A stretch of DNA of 64,000 bases, taken from positions 7,780-71,779 of the forward strand of contig JBELIQ010000013.1 in assembly GCA_042090795.1 (NCBI GenBank). Direction: 5' to 3'. Positions 19,368-29,383 of this stretch are shown here, piece after piece. The position numbers and the translations under genes are program-made. The stretch's first letter is position 1. Each line of letters begins with the position of its first letter. The stretch is from Blastococcus sp. (GTDB lineage Bacteria > Actinomycetota > Actinomycetes > Mycobacteriales > Geodermatophilaceae). The notes under the pieces are model-generated. The model saw only the letters and a program-made list of their open reading frames with translations, did no database searches and was not told the DNA's origin.

Positions 19368-20468
19368 TCAGCTGAACCGGTCGCCGTGCCGGGACTCCAC
19401 CGCGGCGAGCAGCTGCTTCACCCGTTCGGCGTCGCCCACCGGGCACACCATGGTCACGTCCGCCGTGTGCACCACGACGCAGTCGCGCACGCCCAGCAGC
19501 GTCACCAGGTGGTCCGGGTCGTCGGAGAGGACGACGTTGCCGGAGCTGTCGAGCAGCACCCGCAGGCCCCGGGCGGCGTTGCCGTCGTCGTCCGCCTCGA
19601 GGGTGTTCGCCAGCGCGGGCCAGGAGCCGATGTCGAGCCACTCGACGTCGAGGTCGACGACGGCGACCCGCCCCGGCTCGGCGGCCGCGGGCTCCAGGAC
19701 GGCGTAGTCGACGCTGATCTTCGGCAGCGTCGGGAAGACCTCCGCCAGGACCGCGTCGCGCTCCGCCCCGGCCGGCGCCGCCACGATGCGGGCCAGGCCG
19801 GCCGCCGACTCCGGGAGGTGGTCGGCCAGGGCGTCCAGCACGGTCTGCGCGCGCCACACGAACATGCCGGAGTTCCAGAGGTACTCGCCCGAGGCGAGGT
19901 AGGCCTCGGCGGTCGCGCAGTCGGGCTTCTCCCGGAAGGACGCCGCCTCGGCCGCTCCGGGCACCTCCGTCGGCGCCCCCTTCTGCACGTAGCCGAAGCC
20001 GGTCGCGGGCGAGGTCGGTGTGACCCCGAGGGTCACCAGCGCCGTCGGCCGCACGCCGAGGAGGTCGTAGGCGGTGGTCAGCGCGGACACGAAGCGCTCG
20101 ACCGGCCGGATGACGTGGTCGGCGCTGACGATGGCGAGCTCGGCGTCCGGGTCCACGTCGGCCACCAGCGCGGCGGCGAGGCCGACGGCGTTCGCGGTGT
20201 CGCGGGCGGTCGGCTCGAGCACCAGCCGGTCGGGGCGCAGCCGCGGCAGCGCGGCGCGGACCAGGTCGGCGTAGCGGGCCGCGGTGCACACCCAGATCCG
20301 GTCGGCCGGCAGCACCGCCTCGAGCCGGGTGAAGGCCTCGGCCAGCAGGCTGTGCGCGCCGCCGTCCTCGTCGGTCACGACGTCGAGCAGCTGCTTGGGG
20401 CGCCGGGCGCGGGACAGCGGCCACAGCCGGGTGCCCGAACCGCCGGCCATGATCACCGCGTGCCGCAC
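19368..20468 (-). CDS. manC: Mannose-1-phosphate guanylyltransferase
   Basis: MAGGSGTRLWPLSR..RPKQLL, EP..RDTA, GFGYV, FREKP, WNSGMF, ISVDYAVLE, WLDIGSW. Confidence 0.95.
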   Translation of the reverse strand: MRHAVIMAGGSGTRLWPLSRARRPKQLLDVVTDEDGGAHSLLAEAFTRLEAVLPADRIWVCTAARYADLVRAALPRLRPDRLVLEPTARDTANAVGLAAALVADVDPDAELAIVSADHVIRPVERFVSALTTAYDLLGVRPTALVTLGVTPTSPATGFGYVQKGAPTEVPGAAEAASFREKPDCATAEAYLASGEYLWNSGMFVWRAQTVLDALADHLPESAAGLARIVAAPAGAERDAVLAEVFPTLPKISVDYAVLEPAAAEPGRVAVVDLDVEWLDIGSWPALANTLEADDDGNAARGLRVLLDSSGNVVLSDDPDHLVTLLGVRDCVVVHTADVTMVCPVGDAERVKQLLAAVESRHGDRFS

Positions 20469-20469
20469 G

Positions 20470-21438
20470 TCAGTCCTCCGTCGGAGCGGTGCCGGCCGGC
20501 GCACCCGGCCGGCGTCCGTCGCCGGCCCCGAGGACGTCGAGGTCCGCGGCGCGGCGCTGGAACCGGGCACCGGCGGCCACCCGGCCGCTGACGTAGGACA
20601 GCAGCATCCGGGCACCCAGGCCACCGCGGAGCGCACCGCGCAGGGGCAGGTGCCTCCGGCCGGGGTACTGCCCGGACATGTAGCGCAGCGCGCTGGCGTG
20701 GTGCACTCGCCGCATGCGGTACGGATCGCGCTGGGTCGCGTGCCCGCCCTCGTGGACGACGACGGCGGAGGGGACGTAGACGTGCAGCCAGCCGCGGTTG
20801 CCCAGCCGTTCGGCGAGGTCGACGTCCTCGAAGTACATGAAGTAGCCCGGGTCGAAGCCACCCACCGACCAGAACGCCTCCAGGTTCACCAGCAGGCAGG
20901 AACCCGACAGCCAGCCGGCCGGCCGCTCCCGCGGCGCCTCCCGCTCGCGCCGGTAGCGCGCCGTCCAGGGGTTGGCCGGCCAGGCCCAGCCCAGCAGTGC
21001 GTGCCCGGCACCGGTGGAGAGCCGGGGCAGGTCACGGGCCGAGGGGTAGAGGTCGCCGTCGGGCGTCTTGATCGCCGGTCCGATGGTGGCCGCCCGGGGC
21101 CAGCGCTCCGCCGCGGCCAGCAGCGCGTCGATGGAGCCGGGCTCGAAGTGCAGGTCGGGGTTGGCCACGATCGCGTAGCCGGTGGACAGCCCGGCCAGAC
21201 CGGCGTTCGCCGCGGCGCCGTAGCCGATGTTGCCCCCGGTGCTGAGCACCCGCACGTTCCCGTGCTCGGCGGCGGTGCGCTCCGGCTCGCCGTCGGTCGA
21301 GCCGTTGTCCGCGAGGACGATCTCCACCGGGCGGGTCGTGGCGGCAGCGATCGACTCGACGAAACCGCGGAGCACCGCGCCGGGCGAGTAGGTGACCGCC
21401 ACCACCCGCAGCGGGGGGTCGGCAGGGACGGATCGCAT
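20470..21438 (-). CDS. wbbL: GT2 rhamnosyltransferase for the AG linker unit (WbbL)
   Basis: VTYSPG, DNGSTDG, GGNIGYGAAAN, NPD, GWLSGSCLL, YFMYFEDVDL; synteny with Rv3265c. Confidence 0.88.
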   Translation of the reverse strand: MRSVPADPPLRVVAVTYSPGAVLRGFVESIAAATTRPVEIVLADNGSTDGEPERTAAEHGNVRVLSTGGNIGYGAAANAGLAGLSTGYAIVANPDLHFEPGSIDALLAAAERWPRAATIGPAIKTPDGDLYPSARDLPRLSTGAGHALLGWAWPANPWTARYRREREAPRERPAGWLSGSCLLVNLEAFWSVGGFDPGYFMYFEDVDLAERLGNRGWLHVYVPSAVVVHEGGHATQRDPYRMRRVHHASALRYMSGQYPGRRHLPLRGALRGGLGARMLLSYVSGRVAAGARFQRRAADLDVLGAGDGRRPGAPAGTAPTED

Positions 21439-21580
21439 GCCGAGAACGTAACGGGCGGGGGAATCGGACAGGTGCGACCGCCCGCGCTCCCCCTCGGGAG
21501 AGGGGGTGGTCGTGTATCCATTGGACCGAAGCCGCGGGCCTCCCGGACCCGCTCTCGCACGACGACTCCCGAGGGCGGAG

Positions 21581-23512
21581 ATGAACACGCAGGTGTCCCC
21601 GAGGACGACCACGACGGACCCGGCCCCGCCGCCGCGCCCGGCCGGCCGGGTCGGCGGACCGCGCGTCCTCCTCCCGTGGGTCCTCGTCCCCCTCGCCGTC
21701 GCCGTGGGGTACCTGGTCCTGCCCCCGGCGGCCGAGCTGCGCAGCCAGTACCAGGCCTCGGCCCTGGTCCTGGTGTCCGCACCGCTGCTCGGCTGGCTGC
21801 TGACCCGCCGCACGCCGGTCGCCCACCACTGGGCGGGGGCGGTGGTGGCCGCGCTGCTGCCCGCGCTGACCCTGATCTCGCTCAACGGCACCGACTGGTT
21901 CTTCTCCGGTCCGCGCGGGGACCAGTCCTTCCGCATGGAGTACGTCGCCCGGTTCGCCGACTCCCTGGCGCTGCAGGACTACACCTACCGGGACGTCCCG
22001 GCGTTCTACTCCCCCGGCTGGTTCTGGCTCCAGGGACTGGTCGCGCAGCTCGCCGACGTCGAGGCGTGGCAGGTCTACAAGTGGGCGTCGATCGTCACGC
22101 TCTACCTCGCGGCCGTCCTGGCCTTCACGCTGTGGCGGCTGACCTGCAGCACCCGGTTGTCGGCCCTGCTCGTCGCGGTGACCGTGGTGGGGCTGCCGGC
22201 CGCCGGGTCCGGCTGGCTGGGCGCGCAGACGCTGATGTTCTCCGGGGCGTACGAGCCCTACGCCTGGTTGGTGGCCCTGCCGCTGCCCGCACTGCTGGCC
22301 TGGTTCGCCGCCGCCCGGGGCCCCTTCTCCTGGGGCCGCGGCCTGGCCCTGGGAGCGGCGCTGGCGGGGGCCGCGTGGCTGTACCTCCTGTACGCGCTCG
22401 TGGCCGTGGTCGGCGTGCTGGTCCTCGTCGCGTGGCGACGGAACTCCGCCCGGCTGCGGGAGGTGGCGGTCGCCGGGGGCACCTCGATCGTGCTGGTCTC
22501 GCCGTGGCTGGGCCGGTTCCTGGTCGAGTACCTGGCCGCCGGGCTCCCGCCTGCGGCGGCGACCACCTGGGTCGAGGACGACTCCTACGTCAACCTGGTG
22601 ACCATCAGCGCCTCCCCCTGGCTGTGGGCGGCGCTGCTGGGCGCCGTCGGGCTGCTGGTGCTCGACGGGGAGCGGCACCCGCGGGTCCGCGGCGTCCAGG
22701 CCCTCGGCGTCGCCGTGCTGCTGCTGGGCGCCGTCCAGCTGGTGGCCGGGCAGGCCTCGGGGGGCGTCCTGTTCCACCGGGTGCTGCTGGTGCTCGGGCT
22801 CTGCCTCCTCGCCGCGGCGACGCTCACGCTCGCGGTGGTCGGCCCGGACCTGGCGGCCCGCGCCGCCGGCGCCTGGCCGAGGGTGCCGCTGCGCCGGCTG
22901 GCCTTCGCCGCGCTCACCGTGCTGCTGTTCCTGAACCTCTCGGCGCACGCCCGCGAGTGGATGAACCGGGACGTCGACCTGAGCCGGCTGGCGCACAACC
23001 ACCCGTATCCCGACGGCAGCCTCCCCGCCCTGGCCTCGACCGAGGGCCGGGAGGTGGCCGAGGACGAGGAGGGCGGCGAGGTGCCCGTGTCCGAGCTGTC
23101 CGAGGCGATCCGCGACTCGGCGCGCGCGGCCGGGCAGGCGGAGACCGGCGTCGTCCTCACCGATCGCATCTCGCTGCTGGCGACCCAGCCCTTCTACGCC
23201 TACCAGCAGTGGTGGGGGCTCTACGCCAACCCGCTGGGCGAGTACGCGGAGCGCCGGGCGTTCCTCGAGTCGCTCGAGGGGCTGCCGGCCGACGCCGTCG
23301 TGGAGCGGCTGCGCGCCGACGACCGGGCGCCCACCGTCTTCGCCCTGGAGGTGGACGACGGGGAGGTGACCTTCGACTCGACCGACCGGGACGCGGGCGG
23401 CGACCGCGGGAGCGCCTGGTCGGTCAGCTTCCCGGTGGAGCTCTTCGAGGGGCCGGACTTCGAGACCACGCGCGCCGGCGACTGGCTCGTGGCAGCCCTC
23501 CGGGAGGGGTGA
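21581..23512 (+). CDS. aftA: AftA-like priming arabinofuranosyltransferase (GT-C)
   Basis: GDQSFRMEYVARF...DYTYRDVPAFYSPGWFWL; C-terminal YANPLGEY; multiple TM segments. Confidence 0.85.
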   Translation: MNTQVSPRTTTTDPAPPPRPAGRVGGPRVLLPWVLVPLAVAVGYLVLPPAAELRSQYQASALVLVSAPLLGWLLTRRTPVAHHWAGAVVAALLPALTLISLNGTDWFFSGPRGDQSFRMEYVARFADSLALQDYTYRDVPAFYSPGWFWLQGLVAQLADVEAWQVYKWASIVTLYLAAVLAFTLWRLTCSTRLSALLVAVTVVGLPAAGSGWLGAQTLMFSGAYEPYAWLVALPLPALLAWFAAARGPFSWGRGLALGAALAGAAWLYLLYALVAVVGVLVLVAWRRNSARLREVAVAGGTSIVLVSPWLGRFLVEYLAAGLPPAAATTWVEDDSYVNLVTISASPWLWAALLGAVGLLVLDGERHPRVRGVQALGVAVLLLGAVQLVAGQASGGVLFHRVLLVLGLCLLAAATLTLAVVGPDLAARAAGAWPRVPLRRLAFAALTVLLFLNLSAHAREWMNRDVDLSRLAHNHPYPDGSLPALASTEGREVAEDEEGGEVPVSELSEAIRDSARAAGQAETGVVLTDRISLLATQPFYAYQQWWGLYANPLGEYAERRAFLESLEGLPADAVVERLRADDRAPTVFALEVDDGEVTFDSTDRDAGGDRGSAWSVSFPVELFEGPDFETTRAGDWLVAALREG

Positions 23513-24754
<1,242 letters not shown>

Positions 24755-24761
24755 CCACCTG

Positions 24762-26669
24762 ATGACGACCACCACCGCGCGACCGGACGTCGCCGCACCG
24801 GCCGGCGCCGCCGGACCGGCCGGCACCCTCCTGCAGCGGGTGCTGATGCCGCGTCCCGAGGACCCGGCGAAGGTGCGCACGCTCTACGTCGAGGAGACCG
24901 CCGACCGGCTGGCCGTGGCCGACCGCGCCGGCGGCTCGCTCGGCGCAGGCACGGAGATCTCGTTCGCGACGTACTTCAACGCGTTCCCGGCGGGCTACTG
25001 GCGGCGCTGGACGACGCTGCCCAGCGTGCTGCTGCGGCTGGAGCTGCGCGGCACGGGGCGGGTGGACGTGCACCGCTCCAAGGCCGACGGCACCGCCGTG
25101 CACGACCGGTCGATCCCGGTCCCGGCGGACGGCACCGTCGAGCTCGAGCTCGACCTCACGCCGTTCGTCGACGGCGGCTGGTACTGGTTCGACCTCGTCG
25201 CCGACGAGGACCTCACCCTGGTGCAGGCCGGCTGGTACGCCACCCGCGCGCCCGAGCGCAAGGGCCGCCTGGCCGTGGGCATCTGCACCTTCAACCGCCC
25301 GGCCGACTGCGTGGCGGCGATGTCGACCATCGCGTCGGACCCCGTCGTCTCCGGCGAGCTCTCCGCCGTCGTCGTCGCCGACCAGGGGAACAAGAAGGTG
25401 CGCGACGACGCCGGGTTCGCCACCACGGCCGACGCGCTCGGCGACCGGCTGCAGCTGGTCGAGCAGGGCAACCTCGGCGGCAGCGGCGGGTTCGCCCGCG
25501 CCATGTACGAGACGCTCGAGCACACCGACGCCACGCACCTGCTCTTCCTCGACGACGACGTGCAGCTCGAGGCCGACAGCCTGCACCGCGCCCTGACGTT
25601 CAGCCGGTACACGACCGACCCGATGCTCGTCGGCGGCCAGATGCTGCACCTGCAGAACCGTTCCGTGCTGCACACGATGGGCGAGGTCGTCGACCGGCAC
25701 GCCTTCCTGTACCGCCCCGCGGCCCACGCGGTGATGCAGCACGACTTCGCCGAGGAGTCGCTGCGGGAGACCCCGGAGCTGCACCGCCGGGTCGACGTGG
25801 ACTACAACGCCTGGTGGATGTGCCTGATCCCCCGCGAGGTGCCCGAGAAGATCGGCCTGCCGCTCCCCCTGTTCATCAAGTGGGACGACGCCGAGTACGG
25901 GCTGCGCGCCAAGGCGGCCGGCTACCGGACGGTGACGCTGCCGGGTGCGGCGATCTGGCACCTCGCCTGGACCGACAAGGACGACGTCAGCGACTGGCAG
26001 GCCTACTTCTTCGCGCGCAACCGGCTGATCGCGGCGGCGCTGCACAGCCCGCACACCGACGGCGGCGGCATCCCGGCCAGCGCGGTGAAGGCCGACCTCA
26101 AGCACCTGCTGAAGCTCGAGTACTCCGCGGTCGCGCTGCACATCAAGGCCTACGAGGACTTCCTGGCCGGCCCCTCGGCGGTGTTCGCGTCGCTGCCCAC
26201 GGCGCTGGCCGACGTCCGCGCGCTGCAGCAGCAGTACCCCGACAGCCGCGTGGTCACCACCGACGTGCCGGACCCGGAGCTGGACGCCGTCGTCGTCGAG
26301 GGCATGGCGGAGCCCCCGGTGGGCAAGGTCGCCGTCGCCAAGGCGCTGGTGCGTGCGGCCCGCCAGGCGGTCCGGCCGGCCCGGCCGGCGGACGAGCGGC
26401 CGCAGCTGCAGGTGCCCGCCCAGGACGCGCAGTGGTTCGTGCTCTCCCGGCTGGACAGCGCCACCGTGGGCACCGCCGACGGCCGCGGTGTCACGTTCCG
26501 GCACCGCGACCCGGCCACCGCCAAGCGGCTCGGGAAGCGGTCACTGGAGCTCAACCGCGAGATCCGCCGCCGTTTCCCGGAGCTGTCGGAGCAGTACCGC
26601 GCGGCCTGGGACGACCTGACCTCCCAGGAGGCCTGGCAGACCGCGTTCGGCCTGCCCAGGGACTCCTGA
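24762..26669 (+). CDS. glfT2: Galactofuranosyltransferase GlfT2
   Basis: TYFNAFPAGYW, GNLGGSGGF, LDDD, FIKWDDAEYGLRA, W..KDD..DWQAYF. Confidence 0.95.
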   Translation: MTTTTARPDVAAPAGAAGPAGTLLQRVLMPRPEDPAKVRTLYVEETADRLAVADRAGGSLGAGTEISFATYFNAFPAGYWRRWTTLPSVLLRLELRGTGRVDVHRSKADGTAVHDRSIPVPADGTVELELDLTPFVDGGWYWFDLVADEDLTLVQAGWYATRAPERKGRLAVGICTFNRPADCVAAMSTIASDPVVSGELSAVVVADQGNKKVRDDAGFATTADALGDRLQLVEQGNLGGSGGFARAMYETLEHTDATHLLFLDDDVQLEADSLHRALTFSRYTTDPMLVGGQMLHLQNRSVLHTMGEVVDRHAFLYRPAAHAVMQHDFAEESLRETPELHRRVDVDYNAWWMCLIPREVPEKIGLPLPLFIKWDDAEYGLRAKAAGYRTVTLPGAAIWHLAWTDKDDVSDWQAYFFARNRLIAAALHSPHTDGGGIPASAVKADLKHLLKLEYSAVALHIKAYEDFLAGPSAVFASLPTALADVRALQQQYPDSRVVTTDVPDPELDAVVVEGMAEPPVGKVAVAKALVRAARQAVRPARPADERPQLQVPAQDAQWFVLSRLDSATVGTADGRGVTFRHRDPATAKRLGKRSLELNREIRRRFPELSEQYRAAWDDLTSQEAWQTAFGLPRDS

Positions 26670-26685
26670 CCGCACGGTCCATCCC

Positions 26686-27609
26686 TCAGGGGCGGGTGAA
26701 CCGCTCCCGGCGCCCCTGCCGGACCAGGCCCAGCCAGGTGCGCAGGCCGGCGAGGTCGCCGCGCGCGAGGAAGAACCAGGAGAACCGCACCAGCTCCAGC
26801 GGGAACAGCCAGCGCATGCCCGGCTGGGCCATCAGGTACCCGCGGTTGCGGTACGTGAAGAAGCGCTTGGTCTCGTCCGCCGGGTACTGCGCCGACAGCC
26901 GCCCGCCCAGGATGGGCCGGAACTCCTCGGTGCCTTCCGGGTGCAGGTAGGCGGCGCGCAGGCAGGTGCCGAACCGCAGGCCGGACCGGACCAGGCGGCG
27001 GTGCACCTCGGTCTCGTCCCCGCGCAGGAAGAGCCGGTAGTCCGGCACGCCCACGGCGTCGAGCGTGTCGGCCCGGAACAGCGCGCCGTTGAACAGCGAC
27101 GCGTACCCGGGCAGCAGGTCCATGCCCGCGAAGTCCGCGCGCGTGCGGCGCCAGCGCAGCCCCCGGCGCAGGGGGAAGGCCAGCCGGTCCGGGTCGGCCT
27201 TGTCGACGACGGCCGGGCTGACCTCGGCCAGGTCGTGGGTGAGCGCGCAGTCGAGCAGGGTGGCCAGGACGGTCTCGTCGGCCGGACGACCGTCGTCGTC
27301 GGCGCACCAGACCCACTCGGCCCCCTGCGCGAGCGCGGTGAGGATGCCCAGCGCGAACCCCCCGGCCCCGCCGAGGTTCCGGTGCGAGGGCAGGTAGACG
27401 GTGGCGACGCCGGCCGCCGCGACCACCGCAGCGGTCTCCTCGTCGGCTCCGTTGTCCACGACGACGACGCAGTCGACGGGCCGGCTCTGCCCGGCCAGGG
27501 CGGCCAGGCTCTCGGCCAGCAGCGCCGGGCGCCGGTGGGTGACGACGACGGCGACGACCGGCCCGGTCGGCTCCGCGCCGGCGGCCGGGACGGGCGCCGG
27601 CGCGCTCAC
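26686..27609 (-). CDS. glfT1: Galactofuranosyltransferase GlfT1
   Basis: NLGGAGGFALG, WCADDDG, LFNGALF, RGDETEVHRR, FTYRNRGY. Confidence 0.92.
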   Translation of the reverse strand: MSAPAPVPAAGAEPTGPVVAVVVTHRRPALLAESLAALAGQSRPVDCVVVVDNGADEETAAVVAAAGVATVYLPSHRNLGGAGGFALGILTALAQGAEWVWCADDDGRPADETVLATLLDCALTHDLAEVSPAVVDKADPDRLAFPLRRGLRWRRTRADFAGMDLLPGYASLFNGALFRADTLDAVGVPDYRLFLRGDETEVHRRLVRSGLRFGTCLRAAYLHPEGTEEFRPILGGRLSAQYPADETKRFFTYRNRGYLMAQPGMRWLFPLELVRFSWFFLARGDLAGLRTWLGLVRQGRRERFTRP

Positions 27610-28379
27610 GTGCGGCTCGCCGCGTCGTCGAGCCAGGGGTCCTTGCCCTTGTAGGCGGTGAGGACCTCCCGCAGGCCGCCGCGCTGCTTGACCTGGCCGT
27701 GCTCCATCCAGATGGCCGAGGTGCACAGCCGGCGGAGGAACTCGTCGGAGTGCGAGGCGAAGACCAGCAGGCCGGCCCGCTTCACCAGCTCCTCCAGGCG
27801 GTCGCGCGCCTTCTCGAGGAAGGCGGCGTCGACGGCGCCGATGCCCTCGTCGAACAGCAGGATCTCCGGGTCGATGCTGGTCACGACGCCCAGGGCCAGC
27901 CGGACCCGCATGCCGGTGGAGTAGGTGCGCAGCGGCATCGCCAGGAAGTCGCCCAGCTCGGTGAAGTCGGCGATCTCGTCGACGCGGGACTCCATCTGCT
28001 TGCGGGTCATGCCCAGGAACAGGCCGCGGATCATGATGTTCTCGTAGCCGGAGATCTCCGGGTCCATCCCGACGCCGAGGTCGAAGACGGGCGCGACCCG
28101 GCCCTCGATGAGCGCCGACCCGCTGGTGGGCGCGTAGATGCCCGAGAGCAGCCGCAGCAGCGTCGACTTGCCCGCGCCGTTGTGGCCCACGAGGGCGACG
28201 CGGTCGCCCTCCTCGATCGTGAGGCTGATGTCGTGCAGGGCCTGGATGACGGGCACCTTGCGGTCGTCGGAGCTGATGTTGCCGCCGACCATGCCGAGGA
28301 CGGCCTTCTTCAGCGACCGGGTCTTGGCGTCGAAGATGGGGAAGTCGACGCTCGCCTGCCGGGTCTCGATGCGGACCAC
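27606..28379 (-). CDS. wzt: ABC exporter ATP-binding subunit for lipid-linked galactan
   Basis: GHNGAGKST, YSTGMRVRL, LFDEGIGAVD; VDFPIFDAKTRSLKK. Confidence 0.95.
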   Translation of the reverse strand: MVRIETRQASVDFPIFDAKTRSLKKAVLGMVGGNISSDDRKVPVIQALHDISLTIEEGDRVALVGHNGAGKSTLLRLLSGIYAPTSGSALIEGRVAPVFDLGVGMDPEISGYENIMIRGLFLGMTRKQMESRVDEIADFTELGDFLAMPLRTYSTGMRVRLALGVVTSIDPEILLFDEGIGAVDAAFLEKARDRLEELVKRAGLLVFASHSDEFLRRLCTSAIWMEHGQVKQRGGLREVLTAYKGKDPWLDDAASRT

Positions 28380-28404
28380 GTGGGAGTTCCTCTCTGCGGG
28401 CGGC

Positions 28405-29238
28405 TCAGACCCAGTAGGGGACGCGCGTGCGGTAGCGGCGCATCGCCCACAGGGTCACCGCCCAGCCGACGAGCGTGATGCCCACGACGACGGCCCAGTG
28501 GTGCCAGACCGTCTCCTGGCCGAGCATCGGCCGCCGGATGATCTCGATGTAGTGCAGGACGGGGTTGATCTCGGCGAGGCGGGCCCGCTCGGCGATGGCC
28601 GGGTTCGGACTGTTGAGGAAGTCCTCGTAGATCCACACGATCGGCGTCAGGAAGAACGTCAGCTGCACGACGCTGCCGACGATCGGGTTGAGGTCGCGGA
28701 ACCGGCTGCTCGCCATGCCGAAGAGCAGCGCGATCCAGGCGCCGTTGACGGCGAGCAGCGCGAAGGCGGGGAACGCCAGCAGGCTCGACCAGTCGAGCGG
28801 CTGCGGGAAGATCACCAGCATCACCGCGTAGACGATGAGGTTGTGCGCGAACAGCAGCGTCTGGCGCCACACCAGCCGGTAGACGTGCACCGAGATCGGG
28901 GCCGGCAGGTGCTTGATCAGCCCCTCGTTCTTGATGAAGACGTCGGCACCCTCGAGGATGCAGCCGGAGATGAAGGCCCAGACGATGAATCCGACGAGGA
29001 TGTAGGGCAGCTGCGTCTCGAGCGGGTTGCCGAACAGGCCCGCGTAGAGGATCCCCAGCGCGATGGCGGTGACCGCCATGCTGATGGTGATCCAGATCGG
29101 GCCGAGCACCGAGCGGCGGTACCGCTGACGGATGTCCTGCCAACCCAGGTGCGCCCACAGCTCGCGGGACCGCCAGCCGGCGACGAGGTCCTTCCTGGCA
29201 CCTCCCCAGGCAGCGTTCGACGACGCGGTGACAGCCAC
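28405..29238 (-). CDS. wzm: ABC exporter permease
   Basis: DIRQRYRRSVLGPIWIT, RFRD, FFLTPIVW, NP; GTG start 29238. Confidence 0.95.
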   Translation of the reverse strand: MAVTASSNAAWGGARKDLVAGWRSRELWAHLGWQDIRQRYRRSVLGPIWITISMAVTAIALGILYAGLFGNPLETQLPYILVGFIVWAFISGCILEGADVFIKNEGLIKHLPAPISVHVYRLVWRQTLLFAHNLIVYAVMLVIFPQPLDWSSLLAFPAFALLAVNGAWIALLFGMASSRFRDLNPIVGSVVQLTFFLTPIVWIYEDFLNSPNPAIAERARLAEINPVLHYIEIIRRPMLGQETVWHHWAVVVGITLVGWAVTLWAMRRYRTRVPYWV

Positions 29239-29383
29239 GTTGGTCGAGGCTACCGGCCGCGGCGCGAGCCCCGGCGCACTCGGTGGTACCAGGGGCGGTC
29301 GGGGCTGACGGGTCCGCAGAGGCGCACCGTCCGCCCGGCGGCGGTCACCCGGGACGCACATCCCCCGCGGCTACCCTCGCCGC

